34,025 nt of DNA from the NCBI GenBank assembly GCA_025464275.1, contig JAODGR010000080.1, forward strand, positions 1-34,025, in the 5' to 3' direction. This DNA is from Methanosarcinales archaeon (GTDB taxonomy: Archaea; Halobacteriota; Syntropharchaeia; Alkanophagales; Methanospirareceae). Positions 32,653 through 34,025 of this stretch are shown here, one piece after another. Every line of letters starts with the position of its first letter. Position 1 is the first letter of the stretch. The notes below the pieces were generated by a model, which was not told where the DNA came from, did no database searches, and saw only the letters and a list, made by a program, of their open reading frames with translations. A program made the position numbers and the translations under genes.

Positions 32653-33849
32653 TTACTGTAACAGGCACGTTGTCCTTGTCTTGCAGCCGCCGCAAACGGG
32701 TCGGTAGGGGCAGGTATGACAGGCGTAGTCCGGGCTGAATGAGCCACACTGGTGTAAATGTTCCCATATCATGTCTGCGGGTTCGTTACAGATATTACCC
32801 ATGGAGATGGGTATAAAGGGGCAAGCCCAGACGTCACCGTTCGGCTTAATGTACATCATACCTCTGCCAGCGAGGCAGCCACCGAATAGCTGCCCCAGAA
32901 GCGCTATTATCGACCTGCTACGAATTCCACGAGATTGAAGCATATAAGCCCAGTATTCAGGGGCGGCGACGGGTATTAAAATCCCGCTTATTTCACGCTG
33001 TTTACGTAACAGGAGCTTCAAGAGCCATCTTAACTCGCCCCTGTCCAGTTCCTGATCGCAGAGCTCTTTGCCCCTGCCCGCAGGCACGAAGCGATAGATG
33101 AAGTAAGAATATACGCCGATTCTGTCGCCATAGTCTATTATGGGCTCAATCTCGTTGATATTCGCCCTCGCGGCGACGATGTTCAGATGAAGGTATAGAT
33201 TCTCCGCCGTGCAATTGTTTATCCCCCCGATTACAGCCTCATAAGCGCCTCTTACTCCCCTTATACGGTCGTGTATCTCGGGATTCATCGCATCCAGCCC
33301 TATTACAACGCCGGTATCGTACCGTTTAAGCTCTCTCGCTACCGCTCTCGTGATTAATGTGCCATTTGTAGCAATGAATACCGTAAGACCTCGCTCTTTC
33401 GCATGTTCTATCAATTCAAACAGGTCTTCACGCAATAAAGGCTCGCCACCTGAGAATACAAATGTTCTGATGTGCATATCCGCTATGCGGTCTATCAGTT
33501 CCTTCCCTTCGCTGGTTGTGAGTTCTTTATACCTCTGTTCGCCGCCGAATGCATGGCAGTGGATGCATCTCAAATTACATCTGCCTGTCACTTCCCACAC
33601 AACATGGGGATTGATCCCGAAGCAGCATATCTGGCTCAGACCGGCGGATGCATGTAGAAGGTTTCTGCACTGTACGAGCCAGTGTAGAAAGGGTCGCGTG
33701 TGCCAGCGGGCGATAAACGCATATACGATTATCATAGCCGCCTGTTTCAACACCAGATACGGGGGGTTGTAGATTGAGAATGACCATGCCCTTGCCCTTT
33801 CCCTTGCTCTTGCTCTTGCCTGTTTATGGGTTTTCTCTTCCGTTTTCAT
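32653..33849 (-). CDS. Radical SAM enzyme with a C-terminal SPASM-like Cys-rich domain; start uncertain
   Basis: CNLRCIHC (CX3CX2C), GGEPLL, and the C-terminal stretch GDVWACPF...CHTCPYRPVCGGC. The N-terminal 38 codons include an ARARARERARA microsatellite and may be a leader. ATG at 33735 (MIIVYAF...) is an alternative start. Confidence 0.75.
   Translation of the reverse strand: MKTEEKTHKQARARARERARAWSFSIYNPPYLVLKQAAMIIVYAFIARWHTRPFLHWLVQCRNLLHASAGLSQICCFGINPHVVWEVTGRCNLRCIHCHAFGGEQRYKELTTSEGKELIDRIADMHIRTFVFSGGEPLLREDLFELIEHAKERGLTVFIATNGTLITRAVARELKRYDTGVVIGLDAMNPEIHDRIRGVRGAYEAVIGGINNCTAENLYLHLNIVAARANINEIEPIIDYGDRIGVYSYFIYRFVPAGRGKELCDQELDRGELRWLLKLLLRKQREISGILIPVAAPEYWAYMLQSRGIRSRSIIALLGQLFGGCLAGRGMMYIKPNGDVWACPFIPISMGNICNEPADMIWEHLHQCGSFSPDYACHTCPYRPVCGGCKTRTTCLLQ
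33785..33826. repeat. Seven tandem hexamers (consensus CTTGCC)
   Basis: catgcc cttgcc ctttcc cttgct cttgct cttgcc tgttta, lying at the annotated 5' end of the radical SAM ORF. Confidence 0.75.
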
Positions 33850-34025
33850 GGGTTCACGTATGCTTACTGCTCACAATAGAAATAATGGAGCTATAAGAAT
33901 AAGAAGAGGTGCTTTCACTGGATGCATGACTGCTCCCTAAGGTGGGCATAAATCGCAATTATAATATGACAATGACAAAGTCCATATTTCCTAATAGATG
34001 AAACGGGTAAGCGAGGGGGGACAAT

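Overview
This looks like an archaeal chromosomal segment from the methanogen / ANME / Archaeoglobus-like part of Euryarchaeota. All calls rest on motifs read by eye and remembered family signatures; no database search was run. The lineage markers are Sep-tRNA:Cys-tRNA synthase, an FrhB-family F420 protein, A-type ATPase subunit I, Pth2, an Sm-like protein, archaeal RNase J, an archaeal-type tRNA-Gln and an RNase P RNA.

From about 4.3 kb to 34 kb the window is roughly half GC and tightly packed with housekeeping genes: aminotransferase, ribH, rnj, a LeuD-like subunit, atpI, pscS, ilvBN, purE, proC, pyrC, pth2, ftsZ, an Lhr-type helicase, a CBS-pyrophosphatase, an MtaB-like enzyme and a radical SAM/SPASM enzyme.

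The left ~4.2 kb is a sharply AT-rich island. It carries a tightly coupled four-gene minus-strand operon: an N6A/N4C-type DNA methyltransferase, a 340-aa unknown protein, an ORC/ExeA-like AAA+ ATPase and an enlarged PIN nuclease. I cannot match it to any named defence system. It is my best candidate for an undescribed methylation-associated defence or abortive-infection system, and it may continue past the left window edge.

Other points worth a second look:
- G/A-rich degenerate short tandem repeats sit upstream of many start codons on the sense strand, and in-frame di/tripeptide microsatellites lie inside genes.
- An FrhB-family gene is fused into an operon with SepCysS.
- An A-type ATPase subunit I gene stands alone, without the rest of the operon.
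- A thrombospondin-type-3-repeat surface protein is present.
- A 31-codon Ser-rich ORF lies directly upstream of the radical SAM/SPASM gene.

No CRISPR array, transposase, integrase or rRNA was seen.
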